64,000 nt of DNA from Mobula hypostoma (taxonomy: Eukaryota). The notes under the pieces are model-generated. The model did no database searches, was not told where the DNA came from, and was given only the letters and a program-made list of their open reading frames with translations. Position 1 is the stretch's first letter. Every line of letters begins with the position of its first letter. Position numbers and translations under genes: made by a program. Shown piece after piece: positions 12,385-24,330 of the stretch. The DNA lies in the NCBI RefSeq assembly GCF_963921235.1, contig NC_086097.1:144152001-144216000 (forward strand), given 5' to 3'.

Positions 12385-13625
12385 TTAGGTCATTCGGCCA
12401 TTTGATCATGACTGAGCTATTTTCTTTCTCAACTCCGCTCTCCTACCATCACTCCGTAACCTCTAATGCCCTTACCAATCAAGTACCTATCAACATCACA
12501 GGTCGAACCCTCCCTGCAACTGACTACATCTACATGGAGCGTTGTCACAGAAAAGCACAATCCATCATCAGGGAGCCCCACCACCCAGGTCATGCTCTCT
12601 TCTTGCTGTTGCCGTCAGAAAGAAGGTACAGGAGCTTCAGGACTCATACCACCAGGTTCAGGAACAGTTATTACCCCTCAAACATCAGGCTCCTGAACCA
12701 GAGGGGATAACTTCACTCATCTTCACTTGCCCAGCACTGAACTGTTCCCACAACCTACGGACCCAGTTTCAAGGACTCTTCATTTCATATTCTCAATATT
12801 CATTGCTTATTTATTTATTATTATTATTTATTTTATATTTTGCATTTGCACAGTTTGTTGTCTTCTGGATATTGGTTGTCTGTCCTTTTGTGTGAGGTCT
12901 TCCATTGATTCTATTATGGTTATTGGCTTTAGTGAGTATGCCCGCAACCAAATGAATCGCTGGGTTGTATATGGTGGTACTTATGTACTTTAATAATAAA
13001 TTTACTTTGAACTTTGAAATTTACCTCATGGCTTGTCCCCCATCACTATCTGTGACAATAAATTTTACAGATTCACTACCATCTGGCAAAAGAAATTTCT
13101 CCTCATCTCTGTTCTATGTGGCCATCCTTCTATTTTGAGCCTGAGCCCTCTGGTCCTAGACTCTCCCACTATTGGAAACATCCTCTCCATATCCACTCTA
13201 CCCAGACCTTTCAACATTTGGTAGGTTTCAATGAAATCCCTTCATTCTTTTGAACTCTAATGCGTACAGGCCCAGCGCCATCAAATGCTCCTCATACATT
13301 AACCCTTCCATTTCTTGCATCATTATTGTGAACCTTCTCCAATGTCACCATATCCTTTCTTAGATATGGGTCACAAACTGCTCACAATACTCCAAATGTG
13401 GTCTGATCAATGCCTTATAAAGACTCAACATTGATCCTTGCTTTTATATTCTAGACTAACGGTTTCACTCTCCATTTAGGAAATACTCAGTGCCTTTATT
13501 CCTTCTACCAAAGTGCATGATCATACACTTCCCTACACTGTTTTCTATGTCTTATTCTTTGCTCATTCTCCCAATCTGTTTAAGTTCTTCTGCAGACTCC
13601 CAGCTTCCTCAACACTACCTGCACA
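12385..13625 (-). mobile_element. CR1 3' portion, split by a Rex1-type insertion
   Basis: CR1 3' UTR at 12385-12493 resumes at ~13020 with ORF2 C-terminal sequence homologous to 14300-15010. Confidence 0.8.
12494..13018 (+). mobile_element. Rex1/Babar-type LINE 3' end
   Basis: RCHRKAQSIIREPHHPGHALFLLLPSERRYRSFRTHTTRFRNSYYP followed by a 3' UTR and (CTTTGAA)n tail. Confidence 0.85.
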
Positions 13626-14148
13626 GTAAGGGTTGTCTTACTTGTATATTGTGTGTTGTTTAGTCTTGTTAATTTCAGAATCGGAATCAGAATCAGAATC
13701 AGAATCAAGTTTATTATCACCAACATGTGACATGAAATTTGTTAACTTAGCAGCAGCAGTTCAATGCAATACATAATCTAGCAGAGAGAAAAAAATAAAA
13801 ATAAACAAGTAAATCAGTTATGTATATTGAGTAGATTAAAAAACATGAAAAAACATAAATACTGTATATTAAAAAAAGTGAGGTAGTGTCCAAAGATTGA
13901 ATGTCCATTTAGGAATCAGATGGCAGAGGGGAAGAAGCTGTTCCTGAGTCGCTGAGTGTGTGCCTTCAGGCTTCTGTATCTCCTACCTGATGGTAACAGT
14001 GAGAAAAGGGCATGCCCTGAGTTCTGGGGGTCCTTAATAATGGATGCTGCCTTTTTGAGACACCGCTCCTTGAAGATGTCCTGGGTACTTTGTAGGCTAG
14101 TACCCAAGATGGAGCTGACTAGATTTACAGCCTTCTGCAGCTTCTTTC

Positions 14149-15798
14149 AATAGACAATAGGTGCAGGAGTAGGCCATTCAGCCCATTGAGCCAGCACCAC
14201 CATTCACTGTGATCATGGCTGATCATCCACAATTAGTACCCTTTTCCTGCCTTCTCCCCATATCCCTTCATTCCACTATCTTTAAGAGCTCTATCTAACT
14301 CTTTTTTGAAAGAATCCAGAGAACTGGCCTCCATTGCCTTCTGAGGCAGAGCATTCCACAGAACCACAACCCTCCGTGTGAAAAAGTTTTTCCTCAACTC
14401 TGTTCTAAATTGTCCACCCCTTATTCTTTATCTGTGGCCTCTGGTTCTGGACTCCCCCAACATCGGGAACATGTTTCCTGCCTCTAGCGTGTCCAATCCC
14501 CCAATAATCTTATATGTTTCAATCAGATCCACTCTCATCCTTCTAAATTCCAGTGTATACAACCCTAGTCGCTCCAATCTTTCAACATATGACAGTCCCA
14601 CCATCCCGGGAATTAACCTCGTGAACCTACTCTGCACTCTCTCAATAGCTAGAATGTCCTTCCTCAAATTTGGAGACCAAAACTGTACACAATACTCCAG
14701 GCGTGGTCTCACCAGGGCCCTGTACAACTGCAGAAGGACCTCTTTGCTCCTATACTCATCTCCCCTTGTTATGAAGGCCAACATGCCATTAGCTTTCTTC
14801 ACTGCCTGCTGTACCTGCATGCTTACTTTCAGTGACTGATGAACAAGGACACCTAGATCTCGTTGTACTTCCCCTTTTCCTAACTTGACACCATTCAGAT
14901 AGTAATCTGCCTTCCTGTCCTTGCCACCAAAGTGGATAACCTCACATTTATCCACATTAAACTGCATCTGCCCACTCACCCTACCTGTCCAAGTCACCCT
15001 GCATTCTCATAATATCCTCCTCACATTTCACACTGCCACCCAGCTTTGTGTCATCTGAAAATTTGCTAATGTTACTTTTAATCCCTTCATCTAAATCATT
15101 AATGTATATTGTAAATATCTGCGGTCCCAGCACCGAGCCTTGCGGTACCCCACTAGTCACTGCCTGCCATTCTGAAAAGGACCCATTAATCCCTACTCTT
15201 TGTTTTCTGTTAGCCAACCAATTTTTTATCCGTGTCAGTACCCTACCCCCAATACCATTTGCTTTAATTTTGCACACTAACCTCCTATGTGGGACCTTAT
15301 CAAAGGCTTTCTGAAAGTCCAGGTACACTACATCCACTGGCTTTCCCATGTCCATTTTCATAGTTACATTCTCAAAAAATTCCAGAAGATTAGTCAAGCA
15401 TGATTTCCAGTTTGTTAATCCATGCTGACTCGGACCTATCCTGCCACTGCTATCCAAATATGCCGCTATTACGTCTTTTATAATTGATTCCAGCCTCTTC
15501 CCCACCACTGATGTCAGACTAACTGGTCTATAATTGCCTGTTTTCTCTCTCCCTCCTTTCTTAAAAAGTGGGATAACATTAGCTACCCTCCAATCCGCAG
15601 GATCTGATCCTGAACCTATAGAACATTGGAAAATGATTACCAATGCGTCCATGATTTCTAGAGCCACCTCCTTAAGTACCCTGGGATGCAGACCATCAGG
15701 CCCTGGGGATTTATCAACCTTCAGTCCCATCAGTTTACCCAACACCATTTTGTGCCTGGTGCGAATTTCCTTCAGTTCCTCTGTTACCCTACGTCCTC
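14149..15798 (-). mobile_element. CR1 LINE, 5'-truncated, relatively young (RT + C-terminus + 3' UTR)
   Basis: ORF 14981-15832 (KSPGPDG, NYRPVSLTS, YLDFQKAFDKV, GVPQGSVLGP, KFSDD), ORF 14428-14997, and an (ATTGTCT)-type tail. Confidence 0.95.
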
Positions 15799-15799
15799 T

Positions 15800-16090
15800 G
15801 CCCTCAAGACCCCAGCCTGTCTCCAAGCTCAAGCCTCAAGACCCCAGCCTGTCTCCAATCTCAAGCCTCAAGACCCCAGCTTGTCTCTGAGCTCAAACCT
15901 CAAGAGCCAAGACCCCAGCCTACAGCCCCAAGCCTCTGGACCCCAGCCACATCCTGTCCGGTAGTCATGTCATGTCCTTGCCTGGTTCTGGGGCCCGAGC
16001 CCGAGGCAAGACCCAGGTTCTGGGTCCTTGTCCAGTCTCTGGCTCGGAGCCCAAGCCCAGGCTCCTAGTACATAGTTCCTTGTCTGGGTT
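15800..16090 (+). repeat. Fragment of the adjacent LTR family in inverted orientation, with ~33-bp tandem units
   Basis: Units AAGCCTCAAGACCCCAGCCTGTCTCC..; reverse complement matches ~16314-16500. Confidence 0.85.
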
Positions 16091-16153
16091 TTCGGTCCTG
16101 TGCAGTAGCCCCTCCATACCAGACAGTGATGCAGCCTGTCAGAATGCTGTCCA

Positions 16154-17275
16154 TGTCACAAAGGGGTGCTGGGAACAGACCCAAATGTGAGACACAGACA
16201 CTGAAATACAAGGAACAGGACTAGACTAGAGTAAGGACGTGACAGGATTCAGACCAGGAGCAGGGACAAGAACGCAGACTTGGGCTAGGACATGGACAAG
16301 ACAGGGAACTTGGACAAGGAACTATGCACTAGGAGTCTGGGCTTGGGCTTCGAGCCAGAGACTGGACAAGGACCCAGAACCTGGGTCTTGTCTCAGGCTC
16401 GGGCCCCAGAACCAGGCAAGGACATGACATGACTACATGACAGGACGTGACTGGGGTCATGAGGCTTGAGCTCGGAGACAGGCTGGGGTCTTGAGGCTGA
16501 TAACTCGGAGGCTGGAACTCAGAGACAGACTGGAAACTGTACATCAACATAGAGCCGGGATTTATCCTTCGAAAAGCCAGGACTCATCTTTAACACGACA
16601 CCAACATGAGACAGGACAGAACATAGACGTAGAGCCGGGACTTATCCTTAGACATGGAGGGACTCAACTTCATCTCCACACCAAGGTGGGGCAGGTCCCT
16701 CCATCAGGTAACGGCAGAACGGCCGGACTTACCCAACAGAGGCAAGGACAAGACAAGACAAGGCAGGACCCCCCGCATGGCAACGGCAGAACAGCCTGAC
16801 TTCCCCCATGGAGGTGAGGACAGGAAGAGACAAATACCAAAGAACGACAGACAGTTCCATCTCCGCATCTGGGTGCTCCGAGTCTCAGTTCACCCAGCAA
16901 CCTTAGCTGGCTACGGAAACAGCCGTATCCCTACCTAGCTCGGAGTGGCTGGCAGCCACTTGGCCAACAGCCACTCAGCTGGCCTGGGAACAGCCGAACC
17001 CATACCGCAAAGACAGTTCCAACTAGCGACAGCGAGGCTCCATGAGGAGATTGTTCTCCAATTCGGCCTAAAGATGGCAAGTGGCCGCTCTAGCCTTCTA
17101 CTGGCAGGTTGCTCCCAGGGGATCTTGACAAGACAAACCAGCAGCTCACACTCAACTCCAAGGCTACTTATATTCCAAGCCCCAAGATGGGAATCAGGTA
17201 CCTATGATTAACTCAATCAAAACAAGGGACATCTGGAAGACCCGGAGTCCTGAGTCCACGGACTGGACCATGACA
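16154..17275 (-). mobile_element. Solo LTR / LTR-type non-autonomous element (1122 bp) with internal tandem repeats
   Basis: Ends TGTCA...TGACA; 5-bp flanks GTCCA / CTCCA; interrupts the Rex element precisely; TATAAG near the minus-strand 5' end. Confidence 0.8.
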
Positions 17276-17380
17276 CTCCATGGTACAACTATCAATATTT
17301 TTGAGTGTATTTCTTGACATGCCAAATCTCTTCAAACTCATAATGAAGTATAGTCGCTGTCTTGCCTTCTTCGTAGCTGG

Positions 17381-18875
17381 GGCCTTGACCAATATCTTAG
17401 TGTCCACACTAGCATCATACGAGGTCCTGGAGGACTGGTGAGTAGCTAATGTTGTTCCAATATTCTAGGAGGGAACCAGGGATAATCCCGGAAACTGTAG
17501 ACTGGAGAGCCACACATCAATGGTAGGGAAATTACTGGAGAGAATTCTCAGTGTCACATTTTTATGAGCATATGGAAAACTATGGCCTAATTAAGGAGAG
17601 CCAGCATGGCTTTGTACAGGACAAATTATGTCTTACTAACCTGACTGAGCTTTTTTGGCAAGGCAACAAGGGTGATTGATGAAGATAGAACTATGAATGT
17701 TGTCCACATGGATTTTAGTAAAGCATTTGACAAGGTCCCTTATAGGAGGCTCACCCAGAAGATTAAGGTACATGAGATCCAAGGTCTGTTTGGATTCAGA
17801 ATTGGCATGCACATAGAAAAAAGGACTTCTTCTAGGTGGAGGTCTGTCTTTAGTGGTGTTCCGCAGGGATCTGTACTGGGAATGCTGTTGTTTGTGATGT
17901 ATATAAATGATCTGAATGGAGATGTAGACGGGTGGGTTAACAAGTTTACAGATGATATGAAGATTGGTGGTGTTGTAGATCGCATTGAAGACTAGCAAGG
18001 AATACAGAAGGATACAGATCAAGTGCCGGTATGGATGGAGAAATGACAGATGGAGTTTAACCTGACCAAATGTAAAGTGTTGTGCCTTGGTAGGATGAAT
18101 GTAAAGAGGCAGTACACTGTTAAGGGCAAGATCCTTAACAGTGTTAATGAACAGAAGGACCTTGGGGGTCTAAGTTCACAGTTCCTTGAAAGGTCGATAG
18201 GTTGGTTAAAGGCAGCTAATGGCATGCTTACCTTTATTAGTCGAGGCATGAAGTTCAAAAGTCAAGAAGTGATGTTGCACCTTTATAAACTCTAGTTAGG
18301 CTGCATCTGGAGTATTGCATTCAGTTCTGGTTGCCTCATTGTAGGAAGGATGTTGAGGCTTTGGAGAGGGTGCAGTACAGGTTTACCAGGATGTTGCCTG
18401 GATTAGAGGGCATGTGCTATAACAAGAAGTTGGACAAACTTGGGCTGTTTTCCTTTCCTGGAACAGTGGCAGCTGAGGGGAGATCTGGTAAAGGTTTATA
18501 GGATTATGAGAGGCATAGGTTGAGTAGATAGACACTATATTTTTCTCAGGGTTGAAAAATCTAATACTAGAGTACAGGCATTTAAGGGGTGATGGGGTAA
18601 TTTCAATGGAGATGTGAGGGGCAATTGTTTACACAGAGAATGTTGGGTGCCTGGAATGCTTTGCATGGCGTGAAGGTAAAGGCAGATACATTAGGGACTT
18701 TTAAGAGATATTTAGATAGGCACATGAATGTGAGGAAAATGGAAGAACATGGGCAATGTGTAGGCAGAGGGGACCAGTTTAGTTGGCCATTTGAGTACTA
18801 GTTTATTTTGTTCTGAATAACATTTTGGGCCAAAGGGTCTCTTCCTGTGCTGTACTGACATAGGTTCTATGTTCA
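17381..18875 (+). mobile_element. CR1 LINE, 5'-truncated, degenerate
   Basis: MDFSKAFDKVP, SGVPQGSVLG, YINDL, KFTDD, MEFNLTKCKVL; tail GGTTCTATGTTC. Confidence 0.9.
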
Positions 18876-20184
18876 AGGGACTTGTATATGGTAAATGCTA
18901 CTTTCCACATTTTCAGCCAAGGCCTGTCTAACGCTTGGGATTTTTAGTGTGGACCACAGACAGCTTTGTTTTCTGGGCAAATTTAAATGTTACGGAATGT
19001 TGTGCTAGTATCTGTGCCAGTTCTCGGAGCAAACCCAGCAGTACAATACCCCAGTTAGCTCCCTGTAGCCTATTCCCTTTCACAGGTTTGTCAACTAGCC
19101 TGATATTCCTGTCCCCTACCTTCAATTAATTTTACTCCATTGCCTTCTCCATATCCAATATGTTGAATTGATTGTGACTGATCCCCATGGTAAGTTAACA
19201 ACACAATTATCCTTGTGTGATGCAACTATCAAAATCATCGATGGGACACGTGAAATGCGATTATCTTGTGCTATCCAGCAGTCCCTGTGTCCATGAGAAG
19301 GAAATAGCCCATGATGTGGCTTTAGCAGGTAGTTCCATGCTGACAAGTGAGGAGCTCAGGAAATTAGGAGCAGTGTTTCGGTTTCTGAGTGAAACCTTGG
19401 AGAGATTAGGCAAAAGGAATTTAAATAATTCCTTCTCATGCCTGCCAATGGACTGTTTTCTCAATAGTGTCCTAGAATGTCAGACTAGATTAACTACTCA
19501 AGTCACACAGAGTTAAGAGTGGTACTAAATGAGCCAAGCTAACACCCATTCTTTGCAATCCCCAGGCAAAGTTTCAATCTGCAGCAATGATATGTCAGAG
19601 CACGTTGAGGAATTCGGTGATCACTCACTGCAACCCTGCCACTGCTCAGCTGAAAAGATGAAATGGTTTTAGTACTTCTGGTTGAACAGTTGAATAGTTG
19701 CATTGAGTCAGTGATAAGAAGACAAAGCAGGGTGTCTCCCTCTTACAATTTGGGTAGTCCACCTCATTGTCAGAAATCTAGCTGCACTGCCAAGTTAGGG
19801 ATCAGCATTCAGAGTCTGCAGACAGCTTGAGGTTTTGCTCATAAAAGGCAAGTTGCCACATGCACAATTGCACCATGGCTACCTGACGAGATGCATAACA
19901 CCCCAGCAGACTTAACTCAAATAATAACTGGCTGGGAGCTGGCATCCTTATGGAATAATAAGACTGAAAGGCAAGTGTGAAAAAATCCTTTATTTTACCA
20001 GCGCTTTCATTAGGCTCAATGACACAAGAAATTATAATGACTATTGGGTAAAATCTCCCATGTCTAATCATCCCTAGTAAAAGGAAGCAAATAAAGGATA
20101 TAAAATTGGTAAAAGGAGGGAATTTTTGATATTGAGGGAACATTACATATGCAAATAAAGGATATAAAATTGGTAGAAAACGTT

Positions 20185-20405
20185 AGATTGATTTAATTTG
20201 ATTCAACTTTATTGTCATTGTGCCGAGTACAGATACAAAGCCAATGAAATGCAGTTAGCATCTGACCAGAAGTGCAAGGGATAGTGTTATTTACAAAATA
20301 ACTGCAAATAAAAAGTAAGTGCTACAGCACACAAATATAAAAGTACTGAGATAGTACAATATGGGTGCAATACTGCTTAGCGCTGTGACGTGAGGTTCAG
20401 CAGTG
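20185..20405 (-). mobile_element. Rex1-type LINE 3' UTR remnant
   Basis: TTTATTGTCAT tail signature and GTTCAGCAG (RLLN) boundary, as in other copies. Confidence 0.5.
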
Positions 20406-20659
20406 TTGAGATGAGCAGAAAGGTGAGTTCCAAACAATCAATCTTTGCAGAGTCCTGGAAGTAGGAACATTGCAGAGTTTTATTCCTGTGAAGTCAAAGA
20501 AGGATGGAAGATCCTTAAAATTTCATGTGACCTTGTTTTGCCCAAATGATATAGCATTTCTCATTTTGATTTATGTCCAATAAACTCAGCAGTAACTCAA
20601 CTGCTTTTGTTTGGCTTCTGATTTAGAGCTGTGACTAATATATTTTTCCCCTTTACATC

Positions 20660-21500
20660 TACCGCTCACCATGTGGCTATAAATTCAAAACAAGTTCTTC
20701 CATAAATTTGCCAATGCCACCACTGCTGTTGGCAGAATCTCATATGACAGCGAGGGGGCCGACAGAGACGAGATAGATTGTTGGTCGAGTGGTGTCACGG
20801 CAACAACCTTGCACTCAGTGTCAGAAATACCAAGGAAATGATTGTAGATTTCAAGAAGGAAAAGTCAAGAGAACACACACCAGTCCTCATTGAGGGACCA
20901 GCAGTGGAAAGAGCGAGCAGCTTCAGGTTCCTGGTGTCAGCGTTTCAGAGGATCAATCCTGGGCTCAACATATTGATGCGATTACGAATAAGGCATGCCA
21001 GTGTTTATAATTCGTTAGGTGCCTGAGGGAGATTTGGTATGTCACCAAAGACTAGCAAATTTCTACTGATGTACTATGGAGAGCATCTTGACTGGTTGAA
21101 TCACCACCTGGTGTGGAGGTTCCAATCACAGGATCAAAAGAGGCTGCAGAGGGTTGTAGAGTCAACCAGCTCCATCATGGGGAAAAGCTCCCCCCCCCCC
21201 CACCAAAGCCATCTTCAAAGCATGCTGCCTGAAGATTGCAGCATCAATCATTAACGACCCTCTTCCCATTACTTCCAACAGGGAGGAGGTACAGGAGCCT
21301 TAAGACCCTCACTCAATGTTTTAGGAACGGCTTCTTCCCCCCGCTACCAGATTTCGGAACCATCCCATGAAGCATGAATATAATCTCACTATTCATCTTT
21401 CGCCCTATCTATCCATCTATTTGTTTATTTAATTAATTTATTTGTTTACTTCCTTACTTAAATAATACTTTTTATGCCTTGCACTGTACTGCGGCCACAG
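20660..21500 (+). mobile_element. Rex1/Babar-type LINE, RT end to 3' UTR, degenerate
   Basis: KFANA(TT), LVEWCHGNNLALSVRNTKEMIVDF, KRLQRVV, GRRYRSLKT. Confidence 0.85.
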
Positions 21501-21889
21501 CTATTGTTTTGGCTATTTTTGGGTAGGAATCAGGACACAACCTTAAGGCTATAAATCTAGCCAAGCACAAAAGACACTGGAATAGCTTGTGGGATAGATT
21601 CTCCTGCAGGCTATTAAAACTTCCATTCTAAAAAAACTTCCTGAATGAATGATTTCTGTTTCTTTGACGTTCAGTGAGACCTGGAATATGGTTAATGATA
21701 CTATACACGTACTAGCTGTTTGAAAGGAAATGTAGGTTCACCCAGGCATCAGATCTGGAAACCTGAAGAAAAGTTAAAACATTCTGAGGAGATAAGGTGG
21801 TGCTTAAATATATCAGAGGCATTAAGAAGTAAAGATAATTGAAATAATTTACTTTGGCAATTGCCGTTAACTGGTGGGCTCTGTTTATC

Positions 21890-24330
21890 AGTCTCAGAAT
21901 TGGGCATATGTCGTGAAATTTGTTGTTATATGGAACCAGTACATTGCAGTCCATAATAATAATATATTCTGGGTGATGGGGGTCCTTAGTGATGGATGCT
22001 GCCTTTTTGAGGCATCACTCCTTGTAGATGTCCTGGGTGCTGGGGAGGCAAGTGCCCACGATGGAGCTGACTGAGTTTACAACTTTCTGCAGCTAATTTT
22101 GATGCTGTGCAGTGAAACCCCTCTCCCCGCCAAGCAAGATGGAGATGCAGCCAATTAAAATGCTCCATGGTACATCTGTAGAAATTTGAAAGTGTCTTTG
22201 GTGACATACCGAATCTCCTCAAACCCATAATGAAATATAACTGCTGTGGTGTCTTCTTTGTTATTGTATTGATATGTTGGGCCCAGACAGATTCTCAGAG
22301 AAGTTGACAGGACAGAACCTGAAATTGCTCACCCTTTCCACTTCTGATCCCCTTTATGAGGGCTGGTGTGTGTTCCCTTGAATTACTCTTTCTGAAGTGT
22401 TAACCAACGATGAGTGCAAGATTGTTGCTGCGACTCCACTCAACCAGGGGATCTATCTCGCTCCTGTATGTTTCCTTATGACCATCTAAAATTCTGACAA
22501 CAATGGTTGTGTTGTCAGCAGATTTATAGATGGCATTTGAGCTGTGCCTATCCACACAGCCAAGGGTGTAGAGAGTAGAACAGTGGGCCAAGCGCACATC
22601 CTTGAGGTGTGCCAATGTTGATCATCAACAGGGTGGAAATGCTATATCCAATCCACATAGATTGTGGTGTTTTGGTAAGCAAGTCAAGGATCCAGTTGCA
22701 GATAGAGGTACAAAGGCTCAGGTTTTGGAGCTTTTTGATCAGAACTGTAGGAAAAATTGTGTTAAATTCTGAGTGGTAGTCAATAAACAGCAGCCTAAGT
22801 ATTAGTAATGTCCAGGTGATCCAAGGCCACATGAGGAGCCAATAGGATCGCATCTGTTGTAGACCTATTGAGGTGATAGGCAAATTGCAGTGGGTCCAGG
22901 CTCTTGCTTAGGCAGGAGTTGATTCTAGTCATAATCAACCTCTCAAAGGACTTCATCACTATAGATCTAGGTGCTACTGAACGATAATTGTTAAGGCCAC
23001 TCACTCTGCTCTTCTTGGGCACTGGTATAATTGTCCTTTTGAAGCAGGTTCAACTTCCAACTGTAGCAATGAGAGATTGAAAATGTCTTTGAACACACCA
23101 GCCAGTTGGTTGGCACAGGTTTTCAGAACCGCACCAGGTATACCGTTGGGGACTGTTGCCTTGTGACAGTGAAAGTTAACCCTGTTGAAAGACATTCTGA
23201 TGATGGCCTCCAAGACTAAGACCACAGGGTTACCAGATGCTGAAAGTATTTGCACAGCTGTAGTCTTATCCTCCCTTTCAAAGTCAGCATAAAAGGTGAT
23301 CTAGGAGTGAAGCTTCACTACCATTCATGATGTTAGGTTTTGCTTTGTAGGAAGTAATGGGTCTGCAATCCCTGCCAGAGTTGATGTGTATTTGATTCCA
23401 CCTCTGTCCTTACTTGTAATTGTTCTTTTGCTCTTGAGATAGCCCTCAGTACGTCGTAACTGGCTATCTTGTATAGTCCTAAATTGCTGGACATGAATGG
23501 ACAGATCTAGCCCTCAGCAGCCCTCAGCAGACTACGAATTTTCAGGACACACTCATCCTCATAGGTTTTAATGAAGTCAGTGACAATCTTCATCCAGACT
23601 CTAAGAAGAAACTCTGAATACAGTCCAATCCATTGACTCAAAGCAGTCTTGGAAGCACTCCTGCACCTCCCTTGTCCATACCTTCTTGGTTCTCACTCCT
23701 GGTGCTGAGATCTTCAGTCTCTGCCTATACCCAGAGAGCAGAAGTACAGCCAGGTGATTAGACTTTCCAAAGTGTGGGTGTGGGGTGGTGCGGTAAGAGC
23801 TCTTTCTGGTGGTGTAATAGAGTTTCGGTGTGTTGGCTTCTCTGGTTCCACAAATGATATGTTGGTGATAATTATTTGGAGACTTTTTCAAGCTGGACTG
23901 GTTAAAATCCTCCAAAATAATCAGGAAGCCATTAGGGTTTGCTGTTCCATGCCTGTTGATTACATTGCTCAGTTCATCTAGATTGGCAGGGATACTCGAC
24001 CTTTCTTATGCCATGGATTGCTACCATTACCTGAGAGGGTCTGTGGACCCCAGGTGGACAACCCTAGTCTGAAGCCTGTCTGACACGGGCCTGAGGGGGG
24101 TTGTACACAGCTACCAAGATGATGGCTGAAAACTCCCATGGCAGGTAAAAGAGATGACACTTGATTGCGAGATGTTCCAGGTCGGGTGTGCAAGACTGGG
24201 ACAGAACCGCCTTGTTTGTGCACTGTAAAGCATGCTCCACCTCTTCTGCCTTTGAAGGACCCGGCAGTCCTATCTTGGCAGTGAATCGTGAAGCTATCGA
24301 GTTGTATCACTGCGACCAGAACGGCAATCA
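21890..24330 (-). mobile_element. Rex1/Babar-type LINE with APE and RT remnants, degenerate
   Basis: APE (GRRGGACF, EDFNQ, HFGKSNHLAVLL); RT ([49 protein letters not shown]). Confidence 0.9.
23987..24067. mobile_element. hAT-type MITE, second copy (inverted relative to 9908-9987)
   Basis: CAGGGATACTCGACCTTTCTTATGCCATGGA...AGGTGGACAACCCTAG; interrupts the Rex APE region. Confidence 0.65.

Larger units (their letters stand above)
13676..17380 (-). mobile_element. Rex1/Babar-type LINE 3' end split into three pieces (13676-14148, 16091-16153, 17276-17380)
   Basis: (ATTCTG)n tail; ORF 13916-14107 (GHALFSLLPSGRRYRSLKAHT); ORF 17213-17407 (KKARQRLYFIMSLKRFGMS). The pieces are collinear with the Rex copy at 21985-22260. 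Confidence 0.85.

Noticed and set aside
14378..14839. 153-aa plus-strand ORF, with similar ones at 38966 and 13033
   Set aside because: Antisense frame of CR1 ORF2; it recurs because the repeat recurs.
15800..16830. Short repeated units resembling a CRISPR-like array
   Set aside because: Units are tandem without unique spacers, lie in an LTR-type element, and there are no cas genes; the context is eukaryotic.
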